Virus record (IMG/VR): IMGVR_UViG_3300032117_000033
Location: 1 to 55,952 of that record
DNA from: a virus
Taxonomy: Duplodnaviria > Caudoviricetes
DNA: 55,952 nucleotides
Direction: 5' to 3' (one strand)
Made by a program: the position numbers and the translations under genes. Below the pieces are notes generated by a model, which worked only from the letters and a program-made list of their open reading frames with translations, had not been told where the DNA came from and did no database searches. Below are positions 43,892 to 52,778 of the stretch, piece after piece (within the stretch, counting starts at the first letter, position 1; each line of letters starts with the position of its first letter).

Positions 43892-44209
43892 TCAGTTCTT
43901 TCTGCCAGCGTTGAGGCTGGTCACGTTTCCCGGCAGGTTCGTGCTATCCGACTTGGCCGCCACGGTGGGAGCCTCGGCCAGGTTGAGGAACGTCTCCACG
44001 AACTCCTGGGCCCCCATGAGCCGTAGAAGGGAGGCGGCGCACATATTGAAGTTCTGCGGATCAGTGCCAGCGCTGGCCCGGTACTGCATCTCCTGAAGGG
44101 CGATCTTCAGGTGGGCTCGCAGCCAGTCGTCGCTGGCAAACGCGGCGTGGCGCTTGACAACCTCCGGGCTCTTGAGCAGTTCGGTCTTGGGAGAGGGATT
44201 ATGGTTCAT
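43892..44209 (-). CDS. Small head-morphogenesis-region protein
   Basis: 105 aa, helical; typical position upstream of the scaffold. Confidence 0.65.
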   Translation of the reverse strand: MNHNPSPKTELLKSPEVVKRHAAFASDDWLRAHLKIALQEMQYRASAGTDPQNFNMCAASLLRLMGAQEFVETFLNLAEAPTVAAKSDSTNLPGNVTSLNAGRKN

Positions 44210-44398
44210 TTAATAAAAGGTCACCTTGTGTTTGTTCTTAGTTCGTTTGAGGGAATTCTTAATCATCCGGTGCATCTTAGGCTTGAGCATCTTGCCCAGC
44301 ATCTTGTTGAGCGGCCCCTGCTGCTTGGGATGCAGGAAGCTCTTGCTATCAGCGTAGGACGGCAGAGAGGGGATCTGTGGTTGTTCGACTTCTTCCAT
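44210..44398 (-). CDS. Small Lys-rich protein (MEEVEQPQIPSLPS...KHKVTFY)
   Basis: ATG overlaps the upstream TGA; stop abuts the next ATG. Confidence 0.6.
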   Translation of the reverse strand: MEEVEQPQIPSLPSYADSKSFLHPKQQGPLNKMLGKMLKPKMHRMIKNSLKRTKNKHKVTFY

Positions 44399-44559
44399 CA
44401 GTAATACCTTGCCCGGTTTCGTTTGTCGGGGCGAATGATGCCAGCCTGGCCGATCACCTGGTTGGGCCGCCTGCCCTTGCGCCTGCGCTTGCGAACAGCG
44501 TTGTCGTACTTGGGCGTCTGGTCCACCATGTTCTGCGGAAAAGAGCATTGGCCTTGCAT
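44398..44559 (-). CDS. 53-aa basic peptide whose N-terminus resembles the capsid N-terminal motif
   Basis: MQGQCSFPQNMVDQTPKYDNAVRKRRRKGRRPNQVIGQAGIIRPDKRNRARYY; promoter-like element upstream; coupled downstream. Confidence 0.7.
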   Translation of the reverse strand: MQGQCSFPQNMVDQTPKYDNAVRKRRRKGRRPNQVIGQAGIIRPDKRNRARYY

Positions 44560-44594
44560 AGGAGGAATGTTTATCCGTTTGTCAAAGTTGTCAA
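44560..44594 (-). promoter_or_regulatory. Sigma70-like leaderless promoter with two TTGACA
   Basis: TTGACA (44594-89), 16 nt, AAACAT, 7 nt, ATG. A second TTGACA lies at 44585-80. Confidence 0.5.
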
Positions 44595-45889
44595 CCTTCG
44601 ATTAGCTCGGCGGGCTCCGGCAGCGGCTTGTCCGTGAAGTCGATCCCTTCCTTTTCCGCCTTCTCGATCTCCTGGATCAGGTCGGCGAAGGAGGCCAGGT
44701 CCACCTTGATCTGGGCATCTCCCAGGGCTTCCACGCTTTCCTTGATGCTGTCGATGACTTCGCTGGGGGTGTCGCCCAGGCCCACCACGCAGCCGATCAC
44801 TTCCTCGTCCTCGGGCGGCCACCAGAAGGCGCCGTCCACGTAGGCCGATCCGTAGATCTTCACCCGGTTGCGGAACTCCTCCGGCACCACCAGGCACTTC
44901 CACTCGGTCTTCTCCCCGGTCCAGTGCAGGTAGGCCTCACCGGCAAACTCGTAGGTGATCTCCGGCTCCACCAGCTCACCGTGGGCACCACGCCAGAAAA
45001 TGTCTCCGATATTGCCGAACAGATCGAGCATCTCTTCACCGGCCGGTGAGGCGGTGCGGCAGGTAGGATCGATGAAATAACTGGTATCGCCTTTGACTCG
45101 CACCTCCGTGGAAAAGAAATTGCGATAACGGTAACGGGCCAGCACAGGGGAAATGGCTCGGTTGACCATAGTGAATACCTCGGGAATCTCGTCCATCGGC
45201 TTGACTGTGGCCAGATATGTCTCGTTCTTCTTTTCGTAGCCGAGGACGGCCATACCGGGCCATTGACCGTCCACGCAGTAGGAGTCCACGCCTCCCTCGA
45301 TGGGTGTGTCAATCTTTTGGAGCACATAAAACGTCACCAGTTCCTGGAACGGCCCGAGCTTGACCGTGAGCAGATCCAGGTAGGATAGGCTCTGCTGGTA
45401 GGTCACATGGTGCCAGGTGTCCATCGTCCCGCGAAAGCGCGACATCTTGACGAACACATCCTCGTGGTCCATGAGGTAGAGCCGCAGGTTGTTCATCCCC
45501 ACGATCTCCTCATACTCCGGAACGGCCAGCCCGACTTCCTCGAGCATGTCGTAGAACTGGCCCTTCATCGTCTCCAGCTCGTAGGCCTGCCGGGAGCCCC
45601 AGACGGCTTTTCCGCATGATTCCAGGTGATGCTGCAACCCGCCATCTAATATATACGGGAAGCAGAACAGATCCACTTCATCGAAGATCGCAGGGGTAAA
45701 CCAGTCGTTGACTCGATGAATGTTATCAACTCCAGCGCCCAAGCAGAAATCACCTATTTCCTGAAATCCCTTTTCAGTAGGAGTGGTGTAGTAAACCTTC
45801 TTAAACTGTTCCGCCAGCCTGACTGCTACTGGGAGGAACATGCCGAAATCCCGGACCAGGCAAACAACGTCTTTGGTTTCTTTAATCAC
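44591..45889 (-). CDS. ATP-grasp fold ligase (GARS/PurD-like fold)
   Basis: AVWGS..AYELE..K, VFVKMSRFRG..DTW, LQKID..IEGG, FFSTEVRV...YFIDPTCR. Confidence 0.75.
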   Translation of the reverse strand: MIKETKDVVCLVRDFGMFLPVAVRLAEQFKKVYYTTPTEKGFQEIGDFCLGAGVDNIHRVNDWFTPAIFDEVDLFCFPYILDGGLQHHLESCGKAVWGSRQAYELETMKGQFYDMLEEVGLAVPEYEEIVGMNNLRLYLMDHEDVFVKMSRFRGTMDTWHHVTYQQSLSYLDLLTVKLGPFQELVTFYVLQKIDTPIEGGVDSYCVDGQWPGMAVLGYEKKNETYLATVKPMDEIPEVFTMVNRAISPVLARYRYRNFFSTEVRVKGDTSYFIDPTCRTASPAGEEMLDLFGNIGDIFWRGAHGELVEPEITYEFAGEAYLHWTGEKTEWKCLVVPEEFRNRVKIYGSAYVDGAFWWPPEDEEVIGCVVGLGDTPSEVIDSIKESVEALGDAQIKVDLASFADLIQEIEKAEKEGIDFTDKPLPEPAELIEG

Positions 45890-46127
45890 GGCATTGATTG
45901 TGGTGATGACATTCCGGGCACAGGGCGGGGAAACGAGCTGCCATTCCTCCGAACCCTTCGATATCCGATAGCTGCCACTTATTGGCCAAGGCCACCGCCT
46001 CGAGGCTGAGATACCAGCCGTTCTTCCTCACGCTGACTTCGAGCTTCTTGCCGCAGGGACAGCACAGCTCAGTCCTCATCATCCTCCGGCGCCTGGTCGG
46101 GGAAGTCGGTGTCTTCGTCGTCGCCAT
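45882..46127 (-). CDS. Small Cys-rich hypothetical protein (start 46127 or 46082)
   Basis: CCPCG...LCPEC. Confidence 0.5.
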   Translation of the reverse strand: MATTKTPTSPTRRRRMMRTELCCPCGKKLEVSVRKNGWYLSLEAVALANKWQLSDIEGFGGMAARFPALCPECHHHNQCRD

Positions 46128-46145
46128 CTGTCCATCCTTCCGGCA

Positions 46146-48518
46146 TTACTCTTCTCCACCTTCGGAGGCCGCCGCGCTGGCTCGCTTGGCCGCGATGTCC
46201 ACGGCATTCTCCCGGATCTTGTGGTGCAGGCCCATCCGGGCTTCGGCCGCCTTGGCCCTCATCTCCAGCATGTGCTTCTGCTCCTCCCGCTTGAGATCCC
46301 GCGCCAGCCGCGCGTCCTCGCGCTTCTGTTCCAGCTCAAACTGAATCTGCCGCTGGGCGGTGCGCTGGGCGTGTGACTCGCGGGTGTTGGCCGCCTTGGC
46401 ATCCGCCATGACCTTGGTGGCCTGAACCTTGGCCGCCAGCTCGGGATCCTGGCCATTGCCCTGCTGCTTCTGGGCCTTCTCCTGCATCTCCCGGAGGCGC
46501 TGTTCGAAGGCCTTGATCAGGTTGATCATCAGGGTCAGCTTCTTCTGCCACTCGGTCACGCGCTGCTTCTCGTTCTTGTCCTGGGCCACGATCTTGATGT
46601 GGTCCACGATATGCCGGACGATCGCGTTCATACCGGCAATCTCGTCGGGCGTGGCCATGCCGCCGCGCTGCTGGGCCTTCTGGATCACCACCTCGAGGCT
46701 GACCAGCATGGCGTCCACATACTCGATGTGGTTCTGGCCGGTCTTGATCGCCACCGGCAGGCCGATCATCAAGGTACCGGCCGCCAACTGGGCGTCGTGT
46801 ACCGAGTCGGTGATGCGCACGGGTTCTTCCGGAACCATCGCCTCGGTCCGGCCCGGGTCGCCCGTGACCGCGAAGGTGAAGTCGCGCAGGATCTGCCGCT
46901 GCGGCTCGGGGTCGTAAAGGTTGCGGAACTGCATAAGCTGCTCGGCGATCACCATCTCGAGAGTCTTGTTGCCAGCCCCCAAAACCCGTTCCGGCTCTAT
47001 GTTCCATGCTTCAGGGGAAAGCATGTTGGGAGGAACACCCTGGGATTGTGCCCGAGCCCGGAACAGGTTTACATCGGGGTCCCGGGAGTCCTTGAGGCAG
47101 AAGCGCCGGAAGATCTCGCGGTACTCAAACTCCTGGTAGCGGTAGGCCTGGTCCAGCCCGGAGGCGATCATCGCCTGCATCGCCTGCATCTCGGCCTGAA
47201 TCTGAAACTTGGTCTTCTCGGTGCGGTCCTTGAACTGGCTGGAGTTCTGCACGTAGGAGGACATATTCTCGTTGATGATCCTCTCGTTATCCTGGAGAGC
47301 ATTCTCCACCAGGTTGGCGTTGACCTGGAATCGTTCGTCGGCGGGAATAAACTGGAGCGTTTCATCAATGAATCCACGGTTGAGCAGTTCCACCTTCAAT
47401 GCCCGTTCGGCCTCGTCGCCGCTGCGGACGCGGAAGTACATCATCAAGGCCTCGAACACGGCTTCCTGGAACTTGCAGCGCAGCCGGTTCTGGAGGTTGG
47501 TCACGGCGTAGATCAGGAACCCGATTGACCGGATCGAGTGGTATCGGAAGGGAGCCACGGCCGAGAGATCGGCGAACTGGAAGGCCACGATGTTGCTCCA
47601 CTTGTCGGCCACCTTGCGGGTGTGGGAGTTGAACAGGAACTGGTTCTTGGCGAAGTCCACCTTGCTGTTCCAGCCCATCGGCTGGCCCACGCCAGCGGGG
47701 GTGCTCCAGGAGTCCAGGATGATCCGGCGCTTCCAGCCCTCGGTGGCCTTGTCATCGTCCCAGAAGTAGAAGTCGAAGCAGTCGATCGTCGGCACCTGGT
47801 CACCGGCGTAGAACCCGCCGTCGCCCTTGACCCGCTCGGCCGCCTTCTCTGGGCTCCAGACTTCCGGCCAGTTGGTCCCCATGAGCGCGGTGGTTTCCCG
47901 GTCGATGTACTCCAGGCACTTGTCCACCAGGCCCAGGTTCCACCCGGCTTCCTTGGCAATGTCCCGGTCGCGCGTCAGCCGCACCAGCTCCGGGCCGGTG
48001 TAGCTGCGGTAGATGGCGAAGAACGGGAGGTTCTTCATGGTGATCAGGGTGTTGGCCGGGATCAGGACATCCTCCACCCCCAGCGCGTCCGGGCACCAGT
48101 GGTCGTCGGTGTCCCAGCCGGAAGGCCCGATCCCGTGCAGGATGTCCAGGGCGAACTTGCTGCGGAAGGTTTCGTAGTAGATCGAAGACTGCTTCATCAG
48201 CTTGGCCAGCTCCCGGGTCACGATGGCAGATCGTGTTCCGCGCTTGTGCTTGGGCCCCATGTCGGTGGTGGCGTTGAAGAACCGCCCCGGCCGCAGGAAG
48301 TTGCCGGTGAACTGCATCCGCGCGTCGTGGCCCAGGCGCGTGGCGCCCAGGAAGTTCACATTGATGGCGATGTTGTTGCGCTCCACCTCCTCGGCGGAAT
48401 AAGGGGGAACACCATTGAAAAGGTCGTTGATCCGGGCGCGGTTCAACCCGCGCGGGAAATCGGCCAGCTTAAGTTCGTACGCCACTTGTTCGACTTCCGC
48501 TGCCGTGTTGAACTTCAT
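46146..48518 (-). CDS. Portal protein
   Basis: 790 aa with C-terminal coiled-coil barrel (P22-like); first head gene. Confidence 0.75.
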   Translation of the reverse strand: MKFNTAAEVEQVAYELKLADFPRGLNRARINDLFNGVPPYSAEEVERNNIAINVNFLGATRLGHDARMQFTGNFLRPGRFFNATTDMGPKHKRGTRSAIVTRELAKLMKQSSIYYETFRSKFALDILHGIGPSGWDTDDHWCPDALGVEDVLIPANTLITMKNLPFFAIYRSYTGPELVRLTRDRDIAKEAGWNLGLVDKCLEYIDRETTALMGTNWPEVWSPEKAAERVKGDGGFYAGDQVPTIDCFDFYFWDDDKATEGWKRRIILDSWSTPAGVGQPMGWNSKVDFAKNQFLFNSHTRKVADKWSNIVAFQFADLSAVAPFRYHSIRSIGFLIYAVTNLQNRLRCKFQEAVFEALMMYFRVRSGDEAERALKVELLNRGFIDETLQFIPADERFQVNANLVENALQDNERIINENMSSYVQNSSQFKDRTEKTKFQIQAEMQAMQAMIASGLDQAYRYQEFEYREIFRRFCLKDSRDPDVNLFRARAQSQGVPPNMLSPEAWNIEPERVLGAGNKTLEMVIAEQLMQFRNLYDPEPQRQILRDFTFAVTGDPGRTEAMVPEEPVRITDSVHDAQLAAGTLMIGLPVAIKTGQNHIEYVDAMLVSLEVVIQKAQQRGGMATPDEIAGMNAIVRHIVDHIKIVAQDKNEKQRVTEWQKKLTLMINLIKAFEQRLREMQEKAQKQQGNGQDPELAAKVQATKVMADAKAANTRESHAQRTAQRQIQFELEQKREDARLARDLKREEQKHMLEMRAKAAEARMGLHHKIRENAVDIAAKRASAAASEGGEE

Positions 48519-49579
48519 AGGGCTACACTATTATCGAAAAGCTCTTTTAGCAATCCCTGTTGTCGCTCGATGGGGTGAACGTCATTCACGTACTGGTGGG
48601 CGGCCATGCCCATTCGTGACAAGAGCCACCGGCAATCTGCCAGCGCAACCATCCTTTCCTTGAGCCCGGCCACCATCGGCAGGGTCTGCGGCCACTTGCT
48701 GTAATTCTCCCGCATCACCTGGTCGTGCCAGGTCACAACCCCATACATGCCGCGCACCTGGAAGCCGGTGACGCCATCGGTCACATACTCGTTGAGGCCC
48801 CAGCCATCGCTGCAAATCACCGGCAGTCCATGAGAGAACGGCATCAGGACGGAATGCACATGAACGCGGTGGGATGGGAGCAGCAGGCAGTCCGAGGTGC
48901 GGATCAGCTCGGTGAATTGATCGTCCGGCACATGATGTTGCAGGACCTGAACCCCTTCGCAGTTGAGCGCGAAGTTGGTTTCCTTGGGATCGGTATCCGG
49001 TGGAATGCCGCACAGGACGCGCAGACGCAGGTCGCGCCTGCCCGATTGCCACAGCTCGCGGAAGGCTCGCAGGACCAGCTCCCCGCCCCGGTTGCGAAAG
49101 TTCCAGTGCGCGTTCATCCAGGAGTTGATGAAGAGGAAGGTCACCTCGGGCCGCACGCCCACCGGCACGCGATGCTGGCGGGGGATGCCCACCGGAACGT
49201 AGCGAAGCTTGTTGGTCAGATTCAGACACACCAGGTCGGTGAATGTGCCGCGATGGTGGCAGACGATTCCGCGAAAGGTGGGCTGCTCGAACTGGGATCG
49301 CAGCGCGGCTGTCTTGGGATGGCGAGCGACGTCCACCCCTTCGGTGGCGCCGTTGAGAATGTCTGAGTGGTAGAGAGTCACCCAATCTTCGATGAACACC
49401 AGCCACGGCCGCTTGCCGTCATACCAGGGCCGGGTGGGGGAGATCACCAGGTCGGCCGCATCGTCCCCCGGCAGATCGATGGACCACCCGTAGGGAGGGT
49501 GCTGGTGGATCAGGTGGTAAACCGGGTGGCTTCCCGGCCAGGCGGAGTTGACGAAGTGAATGTGCTTCAAGCGTCCCAC
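48515..49579 (-). CDS. Glycosyltransferase, GT-B fold (GT4-like)
   Basis: VTFLFI...RGGELVLRAF...SDCLLLPS...HGLPVICSD..GLNEYVTDGVTGF. Confidence 0.85.
   Translation of the reverse strand: MGRLKHIHFVNSAWPGSHPVYHLIHQHPPYGWSIDLPGDDAADLVISPTRPWYDGKRPWLVFIEDWVTLYHSDILNGATEGVDVARHPKTAALRSQFEQPTFRGIVCHHRGTFTDLVCLNLTNKLRYVPVGIPRQHRVPVGVRPEVTFLFINSWMNAHWNFRNRGGELVLRAFRELWQSGRRDLRLRVLCGIPPDTDPKETNFALNCEGVQVLQHHVPDDQFTELIRTSDCLLLPSHRVHVHSVLMPFSHGLPVICSDGWGLNEYVTDGVTGFQVRGMYGVVTWHDQVMRENYSKWPQTLPMVAGLKERMVALADCRWLLSRMGMAAHQYVNDVHPIERQQGLLKELFDNSVAL
48519..48553 (-). promoter_or_regulatory. Sigma70-like leaderless promoter for the portal gene
   Basis: TTGCTA-17-TAGTGT-6-ATG (48518). Confidence 0.5.
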
Positions 49580-50148
49580 CTCCCGGGCTCCAGGTAGTTG
49601 AACCAGACAAACGCTTCGGGAACAAACGCCGGTGGGTGGCAGTGAACCACGCTCGAGATGAAGTCCCAGTCACCATCGGCCCCCCGGCCGTGCCGGTGCT
49701 GCCTGAGCACCTTGCCGGAGACGATGATCTGCTCCATGCCGATCTTGCCGTGGTGAATGTTCTCCGGACAGCCCACCAGCGTGTCGGCCGGGTATCCCGG
49801 GTTGGGCGTCTGATGCTGGCCACGGTTCATGGAGACAACGAGCGCTTCGCCTGCCCGGGCGTCGATCTTGTCGAAGAACCCCGGCTCGTAGAAGTCATCA
49901 TCCGAAAGATAGGAGTAGCGATCGCCATCATGGATCTCCTCGTTGCGGATGAACCAGTTGAATATCCATCCGCCCGGGTTCCACAGCTCGGGCGCCCGGG
50001 GACACCGCAGGCATGGGAAGGTCGCCGCCGATCCCTCGTCCACCACCACATGCCACTCCACCCGCTGGGCATCCAGCATCGCCTTGAGCACCGGGTAGTT
50101 CTCCATCCGGCTGAATGGCGTGATGACATGGTAGATGTGGTTTCTCAT
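49567..50148 (-). CDS. Glycosyltransferase, GT-A fold (GT2-like)
   Basis: VITPFSR, WHVVVD, YLSDDDFY (DxD) and ADGDWDFI. Confidence 0.75.
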   Translation of the reverse strand: MRNHIYHVITPFSRMENYPVLKAMLDAQRVEWHVVVDEGSAATFPCLRCPRAPELWNPGGWIFNWFIRNEEIHDGDRYSYLSDDDFYEPGFFDKIDARAGEALVVSMNRGQHQTPNPGYPADTLVGCPENIHHGKIGMEQIIVSGKVLRQHRHGRGADGDWDFISSVVHCHPPAFVPEAFVWFNYLEPGRWDA

Positions 50149-50798
50149 GCCGGGCAGTTGAGCGGGAAGTGCTGGGCGAAGTCGTGGATGATGGGCGCGT
50201 GCTTGCTCTTGCCGATCCAGGTTTCGGCTTCGTAGCGGTGTTCGTAGGAGTCCTCCGGCAGCGGCGGCAGGGTCAGGAGATAGTCGCTGGTGGCCCAGAA
50301 GAAGTTGCCACCCCAGTACCTCTGTCCAGACGGGATCATTTTGTACTTTGCGTCAGTCATCCAGTGGCACCCTACCGTGTCGCGGCCTTCCCAGTGAAGC
50401 TTGGCCACGCACTCGCGCCAGCCCCACACGCACCACTTCTCCATGCAGTTGCGCCAGCGGTCCCAGGTGGGATTGTCCGGGTACTGCACCCCCTTGATGT
50501 GGTGGTAGAGCACGAGCCACCCCGGCTGGAGCCACTCCTGGAGTCCGCGCAGGGTGGCCAGCTCGCTCTCGGCATACTCCCCGTTCACCCGCATCAGGGC
50601 ATTGGAATGGGCAAAGCAGCTCACGAGCAAGGCCTGGGCGTTGTCCCCGTTGACCCCGATGTGCAGCTCCTTGGCTTCGGCGGCCAGTCCGCTGTCCCTC
50701 AGCGCCTGCATCTGGTGGCTGATCAGGCACAGGGCATGGTCGGTGTGCGGCATGCGGTGGTTGTGAATCAGGCAGTGGTACCAAACTGCAATTCTCAT
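50145..50798 (-). CDS. Glycosyltransferase-like protein (YxHxKG family)
   Basis: VLYHHIKGV...WRNCME...YWGGNFFWATSDYL..LP...RYEAETWIG. Confidence 0.6.
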   Translation of the reverse strand: MRIAVWYHCLIHNHRMPHTDHALCLISHQMQALRDSGLAAEAKELHIGVNGDNAQALLVSCFAHSNALMRVNGEYAESELATLRGLQEWLQPGWLVLYHHIKGVQYPDNPTWDRWRNCMEKWCVWGWRECVAKLHWEGRDTVGCHWMTDAKYKMIPSGQRYWGGNFFWATSDYLLTLPPLPEDSYEHRYEAETWIGKSKHAPIIHDFAQHFPLNCPA

Positions 50799-50995
50799 AT
50801 CCGGTTCTTCCTCTGCCAGGAGAGCTTCTGTTGGTGGGCTCTGGAAAACTTCTCCTCTTCAGTCATCCCGGCCAGGGAGATGGGCTGGTTGCGCCTGCGG
50901 GGCTGGCCGTCCCAGGTAAGGCCCAGCGCGTAGTTGCGCTCGCGGCGTTTGCGCTGCTGCTCCTTGGGATCCAGCTTGTAGAGGGACTGGTTCAT
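50795..50995 (-). CDS. Small basic hypothetical protein
   Basis: ATGA-coupled at both ends. Confidence 0.55.
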   Translation of the reverse strand: MNQSLYKLDPKEQQRKRRERNYALGLTWDGQPRRRNQPISLAGMTEEEKFSRAHQQKLSWQRKNRI

Positions 50996-51615
50996 ACGTG
51001 GGTGTGCTGATCCCACACAAGACTATCGGCAGGACCTGGCGCGTGATCATTCCACTGATCAAATGGAAAACAACCCTTCCAAGTAACCATGATGCAAGGA
51101 AGACCAGCCGATAGAACGTGGCGCGTAAGAGAATTTGGCCCGTGCTCAAAATCATATCTACTGGCTTTTGAACTTCCTATTTGATTTGGATACGACTGGA
51201 TTATTTCCGGTGGGCAGAAAATCACCGTGGTGCGGACGTGCCAGTTGGGCGAGAGGTAGGCCCAGCAGCCGTAGAGTCCGGGGCCGTGCTGAACATATGC
51301 GTCACCCATCCGATCCAGCCAGCCGGGGACATGAAAATGTACGGGAGCCCCCAGACAGACCAGCAGGTCGCAGGGAATGGTTTCGGCGGCCATCTGAAAG
51401 GCGCCGATGTCCCAGCCGAAGTTGTTGTGCACATGGGGCTCATAGTCCATCCCATCAAAGGGGGCCGACTCGACCGGCTGGGGCTTCCAGCCGTTGAAGA
51501 CCACATGGAGCGAGTGGCCGGGGAAGCGCTGCCAGGTACGAGCGAACCGGTAGGCCAGCGGCAGGTAGGTCGGCCGTTTGACCAGGGGGTAGCAGTAGAC
51601 TACCGCGATCTTCAT
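50992..51615 (-). CDS. Glycosyltransferase-like protein (RgpF / rhamnan-synthesis-like motif)
   Basis: VVFNG...NNFGWDIGAFQ...HVRTT...FEHG. Confidence 0.55.
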   Translation of the reverse strand: MKIAVVYCYPLVKRPTYLPLAYRFARTWQRFPGHSLHVVFNGWKPQPVESAPFDGMDYEPHVHNNFGWDIGAFQMAAETIPCDLLVCLGAPVHFHVPGWLDRMGDAYVQHGPGLYGCWAYLSPNWHVRTTVIFCPPEIIQSYPNQIGSSKASRYDFEHGPNSLTRHVLSAGLPCIMVTWKGCFPFDQWNDHAPGPADSLVWDQHTHV

Positions 51616-52322
51616 TTGCCTGACTCACGGAGTATCCAGCAGGCCGGGGCCTCTTTGAGTTTGACGAATTGTTCGGGGGTCAGGCGCTTGGTGATCCAGG
51701 CGATGGGAACGTGACATTTTAATTTGAGTGGGCAGTGGCAGGCGGTGCAGAGGTTCAGGTGTTCGTCATGCATCGTAGAGAGGGCGCGGGATTGGGCCTT
51801 CTCGATCTGGCGCTTGATCAGCTCGGCGGCGGGGACGGTGAACCACTTGGTCAGGTCCTCCGGGCTGTTCTTGGGGCAGTCCACGCAGATCTCGGCCCGT
51901 TGGGTCGCGCAGTCGCGCGGAACCGGGGGAACATCCGAATCGATCCACTCGGTCAAGGATTGCGCCCCCGCGATCAGGTCTTTAACGAGCCCCGCAGCAG
52001 CGCGCAAGCTTGCGAGGTTCTGACGCGGGGGCTCCGATTTTGGGATCGCCGAGCCTCCTTCGCCCGGTAGGATGTAGTCGTCCCAGCCCATCGCGGCGCA
52101 GAGGGTGGCGTTGTAGGAGTCCACCCAGTCCTCCAGGGAGGGCCGGTCCAGGGGCCAGTGGTGCTTCTGGGCCAGGGCGGGGTTGGCGCGGATCACCGCC
52201 TGGAGCATGTCGCAGACCACGGTGAAGCTGGGGTAGTTGCCGGGGGCTCGCCACTTGAGTTCGGGCACATACATCGTATAACCCCCCGGCACCTGTCTCT
52301 GACGATCTTTCAGTTTAGGCAT
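51612..52322 (-). CDS. First gene of the late operon; C-terminal Cys-rich domain
   Basis: RAEICVDCPKN...CTACHCPLKLK...CW; ATG at 52322. Confidence 0.7.
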   Translation of the reverse strand: MPKLKDRQRQVPGGYTMYVPELKWRAPGNYPSFTVVCDMLQAVIRANPALAQKHHWPLDRPSLEDWVDSYNATLCAAMGWDDYILPGEGGSAIPKSEPPRQNLASLRAAAGLVKDLIAGAQSLTEWIDSDVPPVPRDCATQRAEICVDCPKNSPEDLTKWFTVPAAELIKRQIEKAQSRALSTMHDEHLNLCTACHCPLKLKCHVPIAWITKRLTPEQFVKLKEAPACWILRESGK

Positions 52323-52371
52323 GGAGAAACATTCGCTTGACAACTCTGTGAATGCAAGTAGAATTTACGCG
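52323..52371. promoter_or_regulatory. Overlapping divergent promoters at the late/early switch
   Basis: + strand: TTGACA (52337)-16-TAGAAT-7-ATG (52372). - strand: TTGCAT-17-GAATGT-6-ATG (52322). Confidence 0.65.
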
Positions 52372-52572
52372 ATGAATGAAATAGCATCTATGCTGGGACA
52401 ATGTGAAGACATTTCGCCCAATCAGTGTTGCTCCCCCTCGCTTCTGGAGACGCTCAAGCGCCGACAGAAAGAACTGGCTAGCCGCCTCGATGACGTAACA
52501 GCGGCAGTGAACGCTCTGGAAACCAACCCGGAAATCTCCAAGGTTCTCGAACTGGTGGCCCGGGCCCGGTGA
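52372..52572 (+). CDS. Small coiled-coil hypothetical protein
   Basis: Leaderless ATG after a near-consensus promoter. Confidence 0.65.
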   Translation: MNEIASMLGQCEDISPNQCCSPSLLETLKRRQKELASRLDDVTAAVNALETNPEISKVLELVARAR

Positions 52573-52778
52573 AAAAGAAGTGCGACAAATGCTGGGGAAC
52601 CGGTAAGGCGTTGAACCACGCCAAGCTGGGTCGCAAGGCTCGGAGGCGCCGGGAAGAGGTGGGCAGCTCATTGAGGGCGGCCGCCAGGCTCCTGGGCGTC
52701 TCCGAGTCTTTCCTCTGTCTCCTGGAGTCCGGCAAGCGGAGCTGGACTAAGGCGCTGTATGAAAGGGCGATGGAATGA
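52569..52778 (+). CDS. XRE-family HTH regulator with N-terminal CxxCxGxG
   Basis: RRRREEVGSSLRAAARLLGVSESFLCLLESGKR. Confidence 0.8.
   Translation: MKKKCDKCWGTGKALNHAKLGRKARRRREEVGSSLRAAARLLGVSESFLCLLESGKRSWTKALYERAME

Noticed and set aside
44591-45889. purD auxiliary metabolic gene
   Set aside because: Only the ATP-grasp core resembles PurD; the N-terminal GxGGRE motif is absent and the context is head morphogenesis.
46429-51714. + strand ORFs opposite the portal and GT genes (for example 46599..47528, 47538..48578)
   Set aside because: Antisense shadows of well-supported minus-strand genes.
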